A stretch of DNA of 64,000 nucleotides from positions 576,001 through 640,000 of the forward strand of contig CAVZQN010000003.1 in assembly GCA_963777505.1 (NCBI GenBank), given 5' to 3'. Source of the stretch: an uncultured bacterium. Lineage in GTDB: Bacteria; Acidobacteriota; HRBIN11; JAKEFK01. Below, in pieces: positions 47,655 to 59,115 of the stretch (position 1 is the first letter of the stretch; every line of letters starts with the position of its first letter). Both the position numbers and the translations under genes were made by a program. The notes beneath the pieces are model-generated. The model worked only from the letters and a program-made list of their open reading frames with translations. It did no database searches and had not been told where the DNA came from.

Positions 47655-47710
47655 GGAGCGCGGGCCTCCGTGCCCGCTGCTAGTTGGACGGGCAGAGACG
47701 CCCGCCCTCC
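47655..47710. repeat. Inverted pair of GGAGCGCG-type REP palindromes
   Basis: GGAGCGCGGGCCTCCGTGCCCGC ... ACGGGCAGAGACGCCCGCCCTCC. Confidence 0.65.
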
Positions 47711-47784
47711 TAAAAGATTGCGGGCGAAGCCAGAAAGTGGAAGGCAGACTGCAGAATCAATTCTGCGGTCTGCCTGAAGCATTA

Positions 47785-49482
47785 TTAAATCCTTCCGTTC
47801 AAGAAATTTTTGATAACTTTGCTACGTGATGGATGTCGCAATTTCCGCAACGCCTTGGCTTCAATCTGGCGTATGCGTTCGCGTGTTACTGAAAAGATTT
47901 GTCCGACTTCTTCCAAAGTTCGCTCGCTTCCGTCGCCAATCCCGAATCGTAACTTAATTACCATCTCTTCGCGCGGTGTTAACGTCTTTAATATATCTTC
48001 GATTTCTTTCTTCAAACTAGTATTGATTACAGCATCTGAAGGCGAAACCGCTTTTTGATCTTCAATAAAATCGCCAAGATGACTGTCTTCCTCTTCACCA
48101 ATCGGGGTTTCAAGAGAAATTGGTTCTTGTGCAATCTTGAGAATTTTTCTTACTTTAGAAACCGGCATTCCCATCTTTTCGGCAATTTCTTCCGATGATG
48201 GTTCACGGCCTTTGATTTGTACAAGACTTCTGGAAGTTCGGACCAGCTTGTTAATTGTTTCAATCATATGCACAGGAATACGGATCGTTCTCGCCTGATC
48301 TGCGATTGCGCGCGTAATTGATTGGCGGATCCACCATGTTGCATATGTTGAAAACTTATAGCCGCGGCGGTATTCAAATTTTTCGACAGCTTTCATCAAG
48401 CCGTTGTTCCCTTCTTGAATCAAATCCAGGAACTGGAGGCCACGATTCGTGTATTTCTTCGCAATAGAAACAACAAGACGTAAGTTGGCTTCAATTAATT
48501 CCTTCTTCGCCTGCTCGACCTGTGCTTCTTCCTCCTCAATGACATTGAGATTTTCTTTCAGTTCTTTTGTGTCTGAATAATATTCCGTCTCCATTGTACG
48601 GATATTGTCCTGATATTCCCGAATCTGATGACGGATCTCTTTCTTCCTATCATCAGTCTTGCGGCCCTGTTCAAGGCTGACCTTAAACCGTTTGATGTCG
48701 CGTTCCCAGTCTTCCAGGCGGCTCAAAAGTTCTTTAATTTTTCGAATGATCCTTCCACGCTGTTGATCATTCAGTTGAAGCGCCTGAATATATTTGGATA
48801 CCTTTCCGCGATTCTTGTAAATTTCATCAGCATATTTCTGGACTGCTGCTTTGCTGACAAGCTTTCTCTGCTTCTCTTTCAGTTTCAGATAATCCTGATC
48901 GAGATGCGAAATCTTATCCATCACATTGAGAACCTGACGATACTTCGTATCAATTGTCTTCTCTGTGATTTCTTCATCTTGAAGATGGAATAAGTTTGGA
49001 ATTAAGTTCTTATTCTTGCGGATCCGCTGTCCAAGTGCGAGTACTTCTTTAATCGCAATCGGGGCCATCGAAATCGCGCGAATCAAATTTTCTTTATGTG
49101 TTTCAATTCGCTTTGCAATTTCAATTTCACCTTCTCTGGTTAGAAGCGGAACAATTCCCATCTCGCGAAGGTACATACGGACAGGATCATAGGTCTTGGC
49201 GTAATTTTCTCCTTCGGCCTCTTGCTCCTGCTCAGGCTGTTCATCCTGTTCAAATCCTTTGGAGAAACCCCGCGAATCTGATTGATATTTTTCCTCCGAA
49301 TCGACAACTTCAATGCCGACTGAATCAAACATCGAAAATAACTCATCGATCTCATCAGATGAATTGATGATTTCCGAAGGCAACACATCATTCACTTCAT
49401 CGTAGAGCAGGTAACCTTTTTGCTTACCGCTATAGACAAGCTGTTTTATTTCATCGTACTTATCGTCAATGGACAAACGCAT
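47785..49482 (-). CDS. rpoD: RNA polymerase primary sigma factor
   Basis: [45 protein letters not shown]. Confidence 0.97.
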   Translation of the reverse strand: MRLSIDDKYDEIKQLVYSGKQKGYLLYDEVNDVLPSEIINSSDEIDELFSMFDSVGIEVVDSEEKYQSDSRGFSKGFEQDEQPEQEQEAEGENYAKTYDPVRMYLREMGIVPLLTREGEIEIAKRIETHKENLIRAISMAPIAIKEVLALGQRIRKNKNLIPNLFHLQDEEITEKTIDTKYRQVLNVMDKISHLDQDYLKLKEKQRKLVSKAAVQKYADEIYKNRGKVSKYIQALQLNDQQRGRIIRKIKELLSRLEDWERDIKRFKVSLEQGRKTDDRKKEIRHQIREYQDNIRTMETEYYSDTKELKENLNVIEEEEAQVEQAKKELIEANLRLVVSIAKKYTNRGLQFLDLIQEGNNGLMKAVEKFEYRRGYKFSTYATWWIRQSITRAIADQARTIRIPVHMIETINKLVRTSRSLVQIKGREPSSEEIAEKMGMPVSKVRKILKIAQEPISLETPIGEEEDSHLGDFIEDQKAVSPSDAVINTSLKKEIEDILKTLTPREEMVIKLRFGIGDGSERTLEEVGQIFSVTRERIRQIEAKALRKLRHPSRSKVIKNFLNGRI

Positions 49483-49729
49483 ATCCTCCTAACAACAAAT
49501 CATTCTCCCGCCCCTCTCTCATTGGGCGTCCAACAAAAGACAAAGGTTTTCAAGGCACTTATAACGTTTTGCTTGTAAGTTATTGCTAAAATAGGACTTA
49601 TGCAAAAGAGTTCGGGGTGCATAGGAATTTGCACGCTAATAATATAAGAGTTACGTTCAGAAAATCAAGGGAAATTCAATGATTAAGTTATTGTGTAAAC
49701 GGCACATAGTTTGCTTACAACAACCGTAA

Positions 49730-51490
49730 TTATGGCTCAGGCGGGGGTTTTGGACCTTTTGTTTGGAGCCCTAAATCTCGTTTCATCGTCAGTAAAGCAT
49801 CCAATTTCGCTGAATCTCCGCCTTTTATCGCTTCTTCAATCTCCATATTTAAGCTGCGTAGAATTCTGTCTATTCGGATTAACCGGATCGAACGAATTTT
49901 GTCCAGCGCATTGGGTAGGGTTGGATCCGGAGCCTCTTGATCCATTGCAAGCGAAGTCATCAAGCTTTGAAGGTCGCCCGGAAATCGATGAATTAATTCG
50001 GCAGAAGACACCTGAGGGTTCGCTTCGATGTCTTGTTGAAGCTGCGTAAAACATTCTGCAAGACTTAATTCTTCAAAATCTTCGGTATTAAGCTGTGAAA
50101 AAATTTCGGAAGCTGTGCCTGGATTCATCAACAAAATTTGCAAAAGCTCTTTCTCAGGTTTCGGAAGATTACTTTCACTTTTTATGTTTCTGGGTTCGGC
50201 GGATCTCGTTTTTTGTTTGCGCTTATACAGGTCCATCAATATCTGCGTCGAGATTCCGAAAGAAGACGCAAAGCGGTTTAACAATTGCTCGCGCTCAAAC
50301 GGGTTGCTAACGACCGAAAGCAATCCGATGAGTTCATCTGTTGCGGCAAGTTTACCTGATGGAGCTTTCAGATCGTGTTTTTTGGAAAGGTTGTTCATGA
50401 ACAATTGATCGTATCGGAGTGCACGGCTGATTTCATCTGACAAAGCCTGAGGCCCTTGTTCACGAATGAATTGATCTGGATCAAATCCTTCTGGAAGGTT
50501 TGCGATTTGAATTGCAAAACCTTCTTTCAACAAAATTGGAATCGCTCTGAGTGCGGCCGATTTTCCTGCAACATCAGGATCGTACAGTAGAACAACTTTA
50601 TCGGTATATCTATGAAGAAGGCGTGCCTGACTTTCAGTAAGACTGGTTCCGAGTGACGCAACAATATTATTTTGACCTGCTTGAAACGGGAGGATCATAT
50701 CGAAGTAACCTTCAACCAGAATTGCGAACTTCTGCTCCTGAATATTTTCTTTTGAAAAATAGAGCCCGAATAGTTGCATCGATTTGGAATAGAGGGATGT
50801 TTCTGGACTATTCAGATATTTTGCTTCTTCGCCGCTTCCTTTAAAGATGCGTCCACCGAAACCAATGATGTTTCCATGAATGTCATGAATCGGAATAATG
50901 ATTCGGCTGCGATAGCGATCGTAGTAACCTTCACTCTGGCGTGGAATTACAAGTCCGCATTGTTCCAGCCTGGCAGGGCTTACATCACGTTTTTGAAAGT
51001 GCTCCAGTAGTGCATTCCAGGAATCGGGCGCCCAGCCGAGGCGAAAACGGCGGATCGTGTCCTGAGTGATCCCTCTTTCTTCAAGATAATTCAGCCCTTC
51101 TGCGCCGGTTTCATGCGTAGTCAACAGATTGTGATAGAAGTCGGAAGTATGCCGCATTAAATCGAGCAATTCTTCTTTCTCTTTTCGTTCACCTCCTGAT
51201 GTGAATTTCAAAGGAATGTTGTAACGTGTGCTCAGCAGTTGCATGCATTCCTTGAAGTCCATTTTCTCCATCAGCATCACAAACTTGATAACATCGCCTC
51301 CAACACCGCATCCGAAACAATGGAACATTCCATTTTCTGCAGCATAAAATGACGGCGTCTTTTCTGTATGAAATGGACAAAGCGCGCGAAAACGGCTACC
51401 CGATTTTTTGAAGGTAATGTAATGGCCGAAGACCATCATTGGATCCACAACGGCTTTTAATTGCGCTAGAAAATTTTCCCCGGTAGGCAT
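49730..51490 (-). CDS. dnaG: DNA primase
   Basis: CPFHTEKTPSF...CFGC zinc finger, FGGR, KYLNSPET, VEGYFD, DPD. Confidence 0.96.
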   Translation of the reverse strand: MPTGENFLAQLKAVVDPMMVFGHYITFKKSGSRFRALCPFHTEKTPSFYAAENGMFHCFGCGVGGDVIKFVMLMEKMDFKECMQLLSTRYNIPLKFTSGGERKEKEELLDLMRHTSDFYHNLLTTHETGAEGLNYLEERGITQDTIRRFRLGWAPDSWNALLEHFQKRDVSPARLEQCGLVIPRQSEGYYDRYRSRIIIPIHDIHGNIIGFGGRIFKGSGEEAKYLNSPETSLYSKSMQLFGLYFSKENIQEQKFAILVEGYFDMILPFQAGQNNIVASLGTSLTESQARLLHRYTDKVVLLYDPDVAGKSAALRAIPILLKEGFAIQIANLPEGFDPDQFIREQGPQALSDEISRALRYDQLFMNNLSKKHDLKAPSGKLAATDELIGLLSVVSNPFEREQLLNRFASSFGISTQILMDLYKRKQKTRSAEPRNIKSESNLPKPEKELLQILLMNPGTASEIFSQLNTEDFEELSLAECFTQLQQDIEANPQVSSAELIHRFPGDLQSLMTSLAMDQEAPDPTLPNALDKIRSIRLIRIDRILRSLNMEIEEAIKGGDSAKLDALLTMKRDLGLQTKGPKPPPEP

Positions 51491-51520
51491 GATGAATGAT
51501 TATACTCTCTGACTTTGCGG

Positions 51521-53887
51521 TTAAAGAGATTTTAGTTCAACTACAGTAACGCCGGTACCGCCGCGTTGTGGAGACTCGGGATGAAAACTACGAACATGAG
51601 GATGTGTGGAAAGGAATTCTTCTAATGCACGTTTTAGTTTGCCTGTACCATGTCCATGAATCAGTCTGACCTGCGGAAGTTGTCCAAGAATTGCGTCATC
51701 CAAATATTTATCTGCTGCCGAAACAGCTTCTTCAACAGTCTGTCCGATCAAATTGAGTTCAGGCTCTACGTTCTTTTCCTCATATATAACCTGAACTCCT
51801 TTCGGCAATGTTTCCTTAACGGTCGGCTTTTTCTCTAATGTTGTCACTGGAACTGAAAAACGGATATTTCTGATTAAGACCTCGGCCTGGTTTTTTTTGA
51901 TGGAAACAACTTCACCAAAGTCTTTGTACATTTGCACCCAGACCTTCTCACCAGGCGAAAATGCTTCAGGCTGATTTTCAACAGCTGTGAGTTGTTGCAG
52001 GGATTCCATTGCAGGAAAGACTTCTTCTTTTAGCTGCTTTCGCAAACTCTGCCGTTCTTTAGCATCGCGGATGCTATCAAGTAACAATTCTACTTTTGCA
52101 TTCATAGTGCGAATTAGATCCGCATTTTGATCCCGCAACGTCTTTAATTGTTGTTCCAATTTTGTTTGAAGCTCATCCAATTTGCGTTGTTGTTCCTCTG
52201 ATCTTGCTTCCCACTCCTCTTTTTCGTGTTGCAGTTCTTCTTGTCGTTTTGTTAACTGCTGAATTTGTTCCTGGAGCCGTCGTTGAAATTCATCAATACG
52301 TCTTCGTTCGTCGCCAACAAGCGCTCGCGCATTTTGCAAGATTTCGGAAGACAGACCCAAACGTCCTGCGATCTCAAAAGCATGACTTGACCCCACCTGA
52401 TCCACATGAACTCTATATGTTGGCTGCAAATTGTCTTGATCAAATTCCATTGCTGCAGTGAGACATTGAGGATGATTAAAAGCAAATATTTTCATTTGAC
52501 TGTGATGAGATGTGATCAAAGTTTTTGTATCACGATTCAGAAATTCCTGAAGAATCGCAACGGCTAATGGAGCGCCTTCTTCAGGATCAGTTCCTGTTCC
52601 AAGCTCATCCAGCAGAACGAGTGAACGATGCGGCACGGTTGCTAAGATGTTTCGGATATTTCGGATGTGGCTTGAAAATGTGCTTAAACTTTCGGAAATG
52701 CTCTGTTGATCTCCTATATCTGCATCAATCGACCTAACGATCGGAAGGATTGTTCCTTCTGCCGCAGGAATTGGCAATGCGTGATGAGCCATCAACGAAA
52801 GCAATCCAGCTGTTTTCAGGAAAACTGTTTTTCCGCCAGTGTTGGGTCCTGTTACAACAAGCGCTTTTTTGTCTGGAGGCATGTCCACGCTTACAGGCAC
52901 TGCGGTCTGATTTTCCTTTTTTAAAGCCGCTTCGAGTAATGGATGTCTTGCTTGAATCAATTTGAGATTGAACTCGTCACTGAGTTCTGCCATTGAACAG
53001 CGATGTGTCTTGCCGAATCTTCCGCGCGCAAAAATCGTATCAAGAATTGTTAATTGTTGAAGCGAAAATAATAAGGCATGTGAATCGCCGGAAATTGCGG
53101 CCGTAAGTTGCCTTAAAATGCGCGAAGTTTCTTCAGTGATTTGATCGTTTAGTTCGGCAAGCTCATTGTTCAAATCCAAAACGTTAAATGGTTCCAGGAA
53201 AACGGAGGCACCGCTTCCGGAACTTCCGTGAACGACTCCACGAATCGATTGTTTTTGTTCGGAACGGACAAGTAAGACTGCACGGCCATGTCTGTAAGTT
53301 ACGTAATCCTCTTGAAGAAAACTCTGGTATCGACCATCCCGTAGATAACGCTCCAGTGCACGCTCAACGCGTGATCTTAAATTCAAATTCTGTCTATAAA
53401 GCCGCGCAAGTTCGGGCGTCGCATCCTCTTTGAGTTCGCCGGTTGGTTCGAGCTTAGAATTGATTTCCTTTTCAAGGCTTCTTAAATCTGGGAGATGTGT
53501 CATTCGTGAATGAAGATTCGGAAACTCACGATTCCAACCTTGACCTGAACTTCGAATTTCATTGTTAAGCGCTACAAGCCGCAGGATGTGAATTATTTGG
53601 ACACCATCCATAACCTGATTCTCTATCGCAGATTTGTGAATCAGTTCTTCACAATCTTCAAGAGTTTGGAGGGATGGGATTTGATCTTTCAATGCAATTT
53701 GGAGAGCTTCATGACTGAATCCGATTTCAGCTTGCAGATCATCAGGCGGACGCATTTGTTGAATCATGTGTTGACCTGGAACTGAAGCTGCAAATCCGGA
53801 TAAATAATTCAAAAACTCAGGCCATTCCAGCATCCGGGCTGCGGGCGGAGAAATCTTGAAATTACTTTGAGTGACTATTTCGCTCAT
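51521..53887 (-). CDS. mutS2: MutS2 endonuclease with Smr domain
   Basis: TGPNTGGKT, SLSTFSSH, LLDELGTGTDP, IHGHGTG, GGTGVT. Confidence 0.94.
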   Translation of the reverse strand: MSEIVTQSNFKISPPAARMLEWPEFLNYLSGFAASVPGQHMIQQMRPPDDLQAEIGFSHEALQIALKDQIPSLQTLEDCEELIHKSAIENQVMDGVQIIHILRLVALNNEIRSSGQGWNREFPNLHSRMTHLPDLRSLEKEINSKLEPTGELKEDATPELARLYRQNLNLRSRVERALERYLRDGRYQSFLQEDYVTYRHGRAVLLVRSEQKQSIRGVVHGSSGSGASVFLEPFNVLDLNNELAELNDQITEETSRILRQLTAAISGDSHALLFSLQQLTILDTIFARGRFGKTHRCSMAELSDEFNLKLIQARHPLLEAALKKENQTAVPVSVDMPPDKKALVVTGPNTGGKTVFLKTAGLLSLMAHHALPIPAAEGTILPIVRSIDADIGDQQSISESLSTFSSHIRNIRNILATVPHRSLVLLDELGTGTDPEEGAPLAVAILQEFLNRDTKTLITSHHSQMKIFAFNHPQCLTAAMEFDQDNLQPTYRVHVDQVGSSHAFEIAGRLGLSSEILQNARALVGDERRRIDEFQRRLQEQIQQLTKRQEELQHEKEEWEARSEEQQRKLDELQTKLEQQLKTLRDQNADLIRTMNAKVELLLDSIRDAKERQSLRKQLKEEVFPAMESLQQLTAVENQPEAFSPGEKVWVQMYKDFGEVVSIKKNQAEVLIRNIRFSVPVTTLEKKPTVKETLPKGVQVIYEEKNVEPELNLIGQTVEEAVSAADKYLDDAILGQLPQVRLIHGHGTGKLKRALEEFLSTHPHVRSFHPESPQRGGTGVTVVELKSL

Positions 53888-53914
53888 GCTGGAGTTATTT
53901 TAATGTCTTTGCGG

Positions 53915-54655
53915 TTAAAGATGATTAATCAAACTTGCGATTTGTCCTGCACCATAACCATTATCAACATTGACCACCGCAAGGCCGGCGCAGCTATTTA
54001 GCATTGCAAGTAATGGAGCAAGTCCACTGAAGTGTGTGCCGTAACCCATACTTGTAGGAATGCCAATAACAGGTACTGATACAAGACCAGCGACTACGCT
54101 TGGAAGTGCGCCTTCCATTCCAGCCGCGACAATAATCACACGCGCTGCGCGAAGTACTACCAGATCAGAAAGCAGGCGATGCAATCCCGCAACTCCTACA
54201 TCATGAATAGAACCAGTCTCATTTCCAAAAATATCAGAAGTAACGGCAGCTTCTTCAGCAACTGGAATATCGGCGGTTCCGGCCGAAACCACCAACACTT
54301 TGCCTTTTCCGGTGTAACCTTCTTTGTTACGAATCGCAATTGTTCCGCTAGCAGGATAAAATTTTGCAGCAGGAAATTCCGGCTTCAGCATTTCATACAC
54401 AGTCTGGTTCGATCGCGTGATCAACACATTACTGTTTTTGTTTGACAAGCTGCGGACAATTTCCAGAATTTGTTCCGGCGTCTTGCCCATTCCAAAAATC
54501 GCTTCTGGAATTCCTTTTCGCATTTCACGATGATGATCAATCCTGGCAAAACCCAGATTTTCAAATGGAATCTTTTTTAAAGCATCAATCGCTTCCTGAA
54601 AACCGATCTTTGCATTTTTGTAATCGTCTAGTAGTTTTGCGAGATCATCAATCAT
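53915..54655 (-). CDS. larB: Nickel-pincer cofactor biosynthesis protein LarB (PurE-like)
   Basis: ARIDHHR, GKT, AGTADIPVAEEA, DVGVAGLHRL, AGMEGALPSV, PTSMGYG, VNVDNGYGA. Confidence 0.92.
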   Translation of the reverse strand: MIDDLAKLLDDYKNAKIGFQEAIDALKKIPFENLGFARIDHHREMRKGIPEAIFGMGKTPEQILEIVRSLSNKNSNVLITRSNQTVYEMLKPEFPAAKFYPASGTIAIRNKEGYTGKGKVLVVSAGTADIPVAEEAAVTSDIFGNETGSIHDVGVAGLHRLLSDLVVLRAARVIIVAAGMEGALPSVVAGLVSVPVIGIPTSMGYGTHFSGLAPLLAMLNSCAGLAVVNVDNGYGAGQIASLINHL

Positions 54656-54752
54656 TTCCACCAATCCACCATTCCATTAATTAATTGCAGGCGAGACGCC
54701 TGCGGTCCCTTTGCGGACGGTCTGCGGCCCCTTGCCTCTGCAGTCCTTTAAT

Positions 54753-57392
54753 CTAAGCAAGAACGAGCTTTTCGGCATCAGTTTTTTCAGTAGTCCCTCT
54801 CATGATGCCTAGAGTCGCTGTTTCCCTGTTGAATGTCTGTTGGGCAATTTTTAGAATATCCTCCGCAGTTGCAGCTCGAACTAGCTGTCGATAAATAGGA
54901 GCATAGGGAAGAGGCTTTCCAAGCAGATAACAATTGATTGCATCAATCATTTTTGCGGAGGCAGACTGAGTGCTGAGTGCATAACCACCGATTAAAGCTT
55001 GCCGCGCATTTTCCAATTCTTCTTCAGTAACCGGCTGCTTTTTTAATGTTTCTAATTCTTCCCACATTCCATCCAGTGCTGATTTTTCTTTCGAAGCGTC
55101 ACCTGCGATGTAAGTAAGGAACGTGCCTGAATATAAATGACTTGCCGCACCCGCATAAACCGTGTACGCAAGGGATTTTTTGCTTCGTAAGTTGATAAAG
55201 AGTCTTCCACCCATTCCGCTAAGAACTTGTTGAAGCAGATCGTATAAATGTGCATCCGGGCTTGTCGCTGATGGAGCGGGAAAACCAAGAACGAATGCCG
55301 TTTGTTTTTTCGGTCTGTTTTCGTTCAGTTCACGTTTTGCTGGACCTGTTACAGCGGCAAGAGGTATTACTTTTTCACCGGTTGAGGGGAAATCCTCAAA
55401 GCGTTTTTCAAAACGTTCAAACATTTCATCCGGATCAAAATCTCCGGCAGCCGCTACAAGGACACGTCCTGCATGAAAAATTCGACGTTTCCACGCGCTC
55501 AAATCGGCTGGAGTTATTTTCTTAACAGTTTCTTCGAAACCATTTTCAGGCAGGCCATACGGATGCGTTCCATAATAAGCTTGCTGAAAAAGTTGAATTG
55601 GACGAATAAAGCTATCATCAAAATTTCTACGGATCGAGGAAATGACTTTTCCGCGTTCTGTTTCTACTTCGGACTCAGGAAAATGCCCATCTGTCATGCA
55701 ATGATTCAGAAGGTCCCACATTTCAGGAAAGCGGTCTGGCATCGCTTCGAAAGTAAAGCCGCTGACATCACGATTGCAGCTGAATCGCGGTGGATTTCCA
55801 AGAGCATCGAAGCGGAATGCAATCTGCTCAGCGTTCAATTTCGAAGTCCCTTTCGCAATCGAGCGGAACATCATATGTGTGATACCCGCATTTGATTCCT
55901 GTTCCTCGCTCCTTCCACCCATGAAAAAGATGGCGCCTGACACGAAAGGATAATGATGGTCTGGATAAAACAAATAGGTTACTTTTCCTTTTCGAAGATC
56001 AGGAACGCTTGCACTTTGTTGTGTAGATTTAAGCGATCCTGCCGTCAGAACAATTGGAGGAGGCAGAACAATTTCAGGTGCCATGAAAGCTGATTCGAGA
56101 TGATTCAAATACTGCTCACCGGTCCATTCCGGGATAGGCTCATTCAAAAATTCGAGCACAGTCATGTTTGATGTCTGAAGATAACGCGAAGCAGTTTCTA
56201 AAATTTGTTCAGCAGTGAGCTCTTCCATCTCTTTCATGTAGCTATCAATTCGTTCATATCCGCCATACACTTCGTTGTAACTCAATAATTCGGCAAGATT
56301 CAAAGCGTCTTCAGTTTGCATTGCTTGATGCAGCTTCAATTTGTTTTTTACTTTGGCCAGTTCACCTTCAGTGATGCCATTGTTTAATGTGTCTTGAATG
56401 ACTGACCAGATGTCGCGTCCGGCATCGCGAATTTTTGATGCTTCCGTTACAGCGCTTGTGACAAGCAGGCCAACATCTTCGTAAGCCATTTCCCCACAAG
56501 ATGCTGCGCTTGCTGAGCGTCGATTTTCAACGACATACCGATGAAGCCTTGAGCTACGTCCGGCTGACAAAAGCGACGTCAAAAAATCCAATGCCGGCTG
56601 GTCTTTGTGCATGACACCGGGAGAATGAAATGCGAAATACAAAAAACTTTGGGTTGCTTCTGCTGTATGCATCGCATAGCGAAGATTTTTTTGTTCAGGC
56701 TCTGAAGGTCCAAAATCCTTAATCAGTTCTCGATTGGGCATTGCCGAAAACAGATGATTTATTTTGTCTACCGTTTGTTGTTCGTCGAACTTCCCGGCAA
56801 CAGTGATGATCATATTTTGCGGCATGTAATAACGCCCGAAATAATCGAAGAGACTTTCTTGAGTGTAAGACCGAAGCTGTTCGGGCGTGCCTATCCTCCA
56901 GCGTTTCATGCGGTGCTTTGTATAGGCAAGCTGAATCATTTTTTCAATTGAGTAGGAAGAAGGGGAATCCAGTTTGCGATTAAATTCTTCAATGACAACT
57001 TCGCATTCTCGTTCCAGCTCATCAGCCGGAAAAAGAGGATTTACAAATGCATCCGCCATGATATCCAGGGCAGGAGTTAGATTCTCAGCAGGAACTTCGC
57101 AAAAATAATTCGTTTCATCATAGGAAGTGCTGGCATTAATAGATCCACCGAGAGCTTTCATGCCTACTCCCATCGACTCTGGAACCGGATAATTTTTCGA
57201 ACCCTTGAAATACATATGTTCCAGAAGATGGGCAAGACCGACTTCGGCATCTGTTTCGCAAAAGTAGCCCGCCTTTACGCAGAAATGTAGAGCCGCGACT
57301 TCAGAGTTAGGAAGTGGATAAGTCAGGATTGTCAGACCATTAGGGCTGATATGTCGCTTTGTATTTTGTAACCAACCAGAATGATCAGGCAT
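54753..57392 (-). CDS. M16 family zinc protease (pitrilysin-like, two-module)
   Basis: HLLEH (HxxEH), NAST..ET.Y, inactive second module, RLF..LR..LAY. Confidence 0.9.
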   Translation of the reverse strand: MPDHSGWLQNTKRHISPNGLTILTYPLPNSEVAALHFCVKAGYFCETDAEVGLAHLLEHMYFKGSKNYPVPESMGVGMKALGGSINASTSYDETNYFCEVPAENLTPALDIMADAFVNPLFPADELERECEVVIEEFNRKLDSPSSYSIEKMIQLAYTKHRMKRWRIGTPEQLRSYTQESLFDYFGRYYMPQNMIITVAGKFDEQQTVDKINHLFSAMPNRELIKDFGPSEPEQKNLRYAMHTAEATQSFLYFAFHSPGVMHKDQPALDFLTSLLSAGRSSRLHRYVVENRRSASAASCGEMAYEDVGLLVTSAVTEASKIRDAGRDIWSVIQDTLNNGITEGELAKVKNKLKLHQAMQTEDALNLAELLSYNEVYGGYERIDSYMKEMEELTAEQILETASRYLQTSNMTVLEFLNEPIPEWTGEQYLNHLESAFMAPEIVLPPPIVLTAGSLKSTQQSASVPDLRKGKVTYLFYPDHHYPFVSGAIFFMGGRSEEQESNAGITHMMFRSIAKGTSKLNAEQIAFRFDALGNPPRFSCNRDVSGFTFEAMPDRFPEMWDLLNHCMTDGHFPESEVETERGKVISSIRRNFDDSFIRPIQLFQQAYYGTHPYGLPENGFEETVKKITPADLSAWKRRIFHAGRVLVAAAGDFDPDEMFERFEKRFEDFPSTGEKVIPLAAVTGPAKRELNENRPKKQTAFVLGFPAPSATSPDAHLYDLLQQVLSGMGGRLFINLRSKKSLAYTVYAGAASHLYSGTFLTYIAGDASKEKSALDGMWEELETLKKQPVTEEELENARQALIGGYALSTQSASAKMIDAINCYLLGKPLPYAPIYRQLVRAATAEDILKIAQQTFNRETATLGIMRGTTEKTDAEKLVLA

Positions 57393-57429
57393 TTATATAT
57401 TCTCCTCTTTGCGACTTTGCGGTTAGCTT

Positions 57430-59091
57430 TTATGCTACGCGCTTTACAAAAATGATAGTGCTGTCATCAATCGGAGCAGCACCTTGAGTGAATTCCTTTA
57501 CGGTTTGTTCAAGAAGTTGTGACAAATCTTCGACGCCCATTTCTCGATTTTTAACCAGAAATTGTGTGGCGCCATTTTCACCAAATTCTTCACCGGCAGG
57601 ATCCTGGCTTTCTGTGATTCCATCGGTGCACATAAAAAGTAAATCACTTGGCTCGAGTTTGAGTGATTCACTTCGATACGATGCACCAGGAATGATTCCA
57701 ATCACAGGGCCGCATATCGCAAGGAGAACAACACCATCCCGCGTAGAATGCATCGGCGGATTATGTCCCGCATTCACGTATGTAAATAAATTCGTTTTTG
57801 TATCCAACTCTCCATAAAACGCAGTGATGTACTTATTTGGAGGCGAGTTTTCGCGCATCACTTGATTCAACTTTGCCATCATTGAAGCTGGATCTTTTTC
57901 AGTATGAATTAAAGTTCGTAACGATGCTTGAAAGGCTGCCATCAGTAATGCTGCTCCGATTCCTTTTCCAGCAACATCTGCAATTATGACTGCGAGTTTT
58001 CCATCCTCTTTTGTTATGAAGTCATAATAGTCGCCGCCAATTTCATAACAGGAATGATTGATTCCATAAATCTGATAATTTGGGAGATCCGGATTCAACT
58101 GTGGCAATAATCGGCGTTGGATCTGGGCAGCCACCAGGAGCTGTTCTTCGAACCGCTTCTTTTCAATCTGGTCTTCCAACAACAATGCATTCTCAATTTT
58201 TACTGCAGCCATATTTGCAATTAGAGCGACAAGACGCAGATCGGATTGTGCAAATGTTTTTCGCGAAACAAGATTATCGATGTAGATGAGTCCGATCACT
58301 TCACGATTATTCCAAAGTGGTACGCAAATAATTGATCGAATTCCTTGAAGCTGAATACTTTGTGAAGATTCAAAGCGGTCGTCCGTTTGCGCATCAAGAG
58401 TCAGAATAGCGCGTTGATTTTGCATGACTTCAGTTATGATTGTGCGGCTGATATTTAACGCTTGTTCCGGAATATTGTTCCGCACCACTTTGAGTTGCAG
58501 TTGACTCTTATCATTTGGATCCAACATGATCAAAGCTCCGCGTTCAGCGGGCACCGCCTGGAAGACGATATCCATAATGACTTCAACAAGCTTTTCAATT
58601 GGATAATGTGTTATTAAAGCTCCGGCTGCTTGATTCAAAGCCGGCCAAATATTTTCAGTAGGCAGTGCAACCTGACCGGAAGAGCCGCTGGAAATTGCTT
58701 CTTGAACGTAACGCTTAAGATTCAGCTCATCGGTATCGATCATGAAAGTGGCTTCAAAACCAACGGACGGAGAAGTGTCTGTAACTTGAACCTTATCCGA
58801 CATTGGTTCTAGAAAGCGCAGCGTGATTTCGCCAAGCTGAACCATGTCGCCACTTTTTAATGGAGTGGTTTGACGGATTCGCACTCCATTCAAAAATGTA
58901 CCATTCCGGCTACCGGAATCCTCGACAAACCATTTATCTTCTTTTTTCGACAAACGCGCATGATGGCGCGAAAGTGAAAGATGGTTAAAAACGAGATCAT
59001 TACTCGAGGATCGCCCAATCGAAAGAAGATCCTTGTCGAGTTCGACGTCGTATGGCTTATCGTGTTTTTGTTCTACTCGAAGTCTTGGCAT
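57430..59091 (-). CDS. FHA-GAF-PP2C (SpoIIE/RsbU-like) phosphatase
   Basis: IGRS..SRHH..GSRNGT; GAF SIICVPL; GGDYYD, ADVAGKG, NAGHNP, TDGITE, DDST. Confidence 0.92.
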   Translation of the reverse strand: MPRLRVEQKHDKPYDVELDKDLLSIGRSSSNDLVFNHLSLSRHHARLSKKEDKWFVEDSGSRNGTFLNGVRIRQTTPLKSGDMVQLGEITLRFLEPMSDKVQVTDTSPSVGFEATFMIDTDELNLKRYVQEAISSGSSGQVALPTENIWPALNQAAGALITHYPIEKLVEVIMDIVFQAVPAERGALIMLDPNDKSQLQLKVVRNNIPEQALNISRTIITEVMQNQRAILTLDAQTDDRFESSQSIQLQGIRSIICVPLWNNREVIGLIYIDNLVSRKTFAQSDLRLVALIANMAAVKIENALLLEDQIEKKRFEEQLLVAAQIQRRLLPQLNPDLPNYQIYGINHSCYEIGGDYYDFITKEDGKLAVIIADVAGKGIGAALLMAAFQASLRTLIHTEKDPASMMAKLNQVMRENSPPNKYITAFYGELDTKTNLFTYVNAGHNPPMHSTRDGVVLLAICGPVIGIIPGASYRSESLKLEPSDLLFMCTDGITESQDPAGEEFGENGATQFLVKNREMGVEDLSQLLEQTVKEFTQGAAPIDDSTIIFVKRVA

Positions 59092-59115
59092 ATACGATTC
59101 TGTATCCTAAGATTT

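Noticed and set aside
47498-47782. 94-aa ORF downstream of rpoD
   Set aside because: It is a translation through the tRNA gene and REP palindromes
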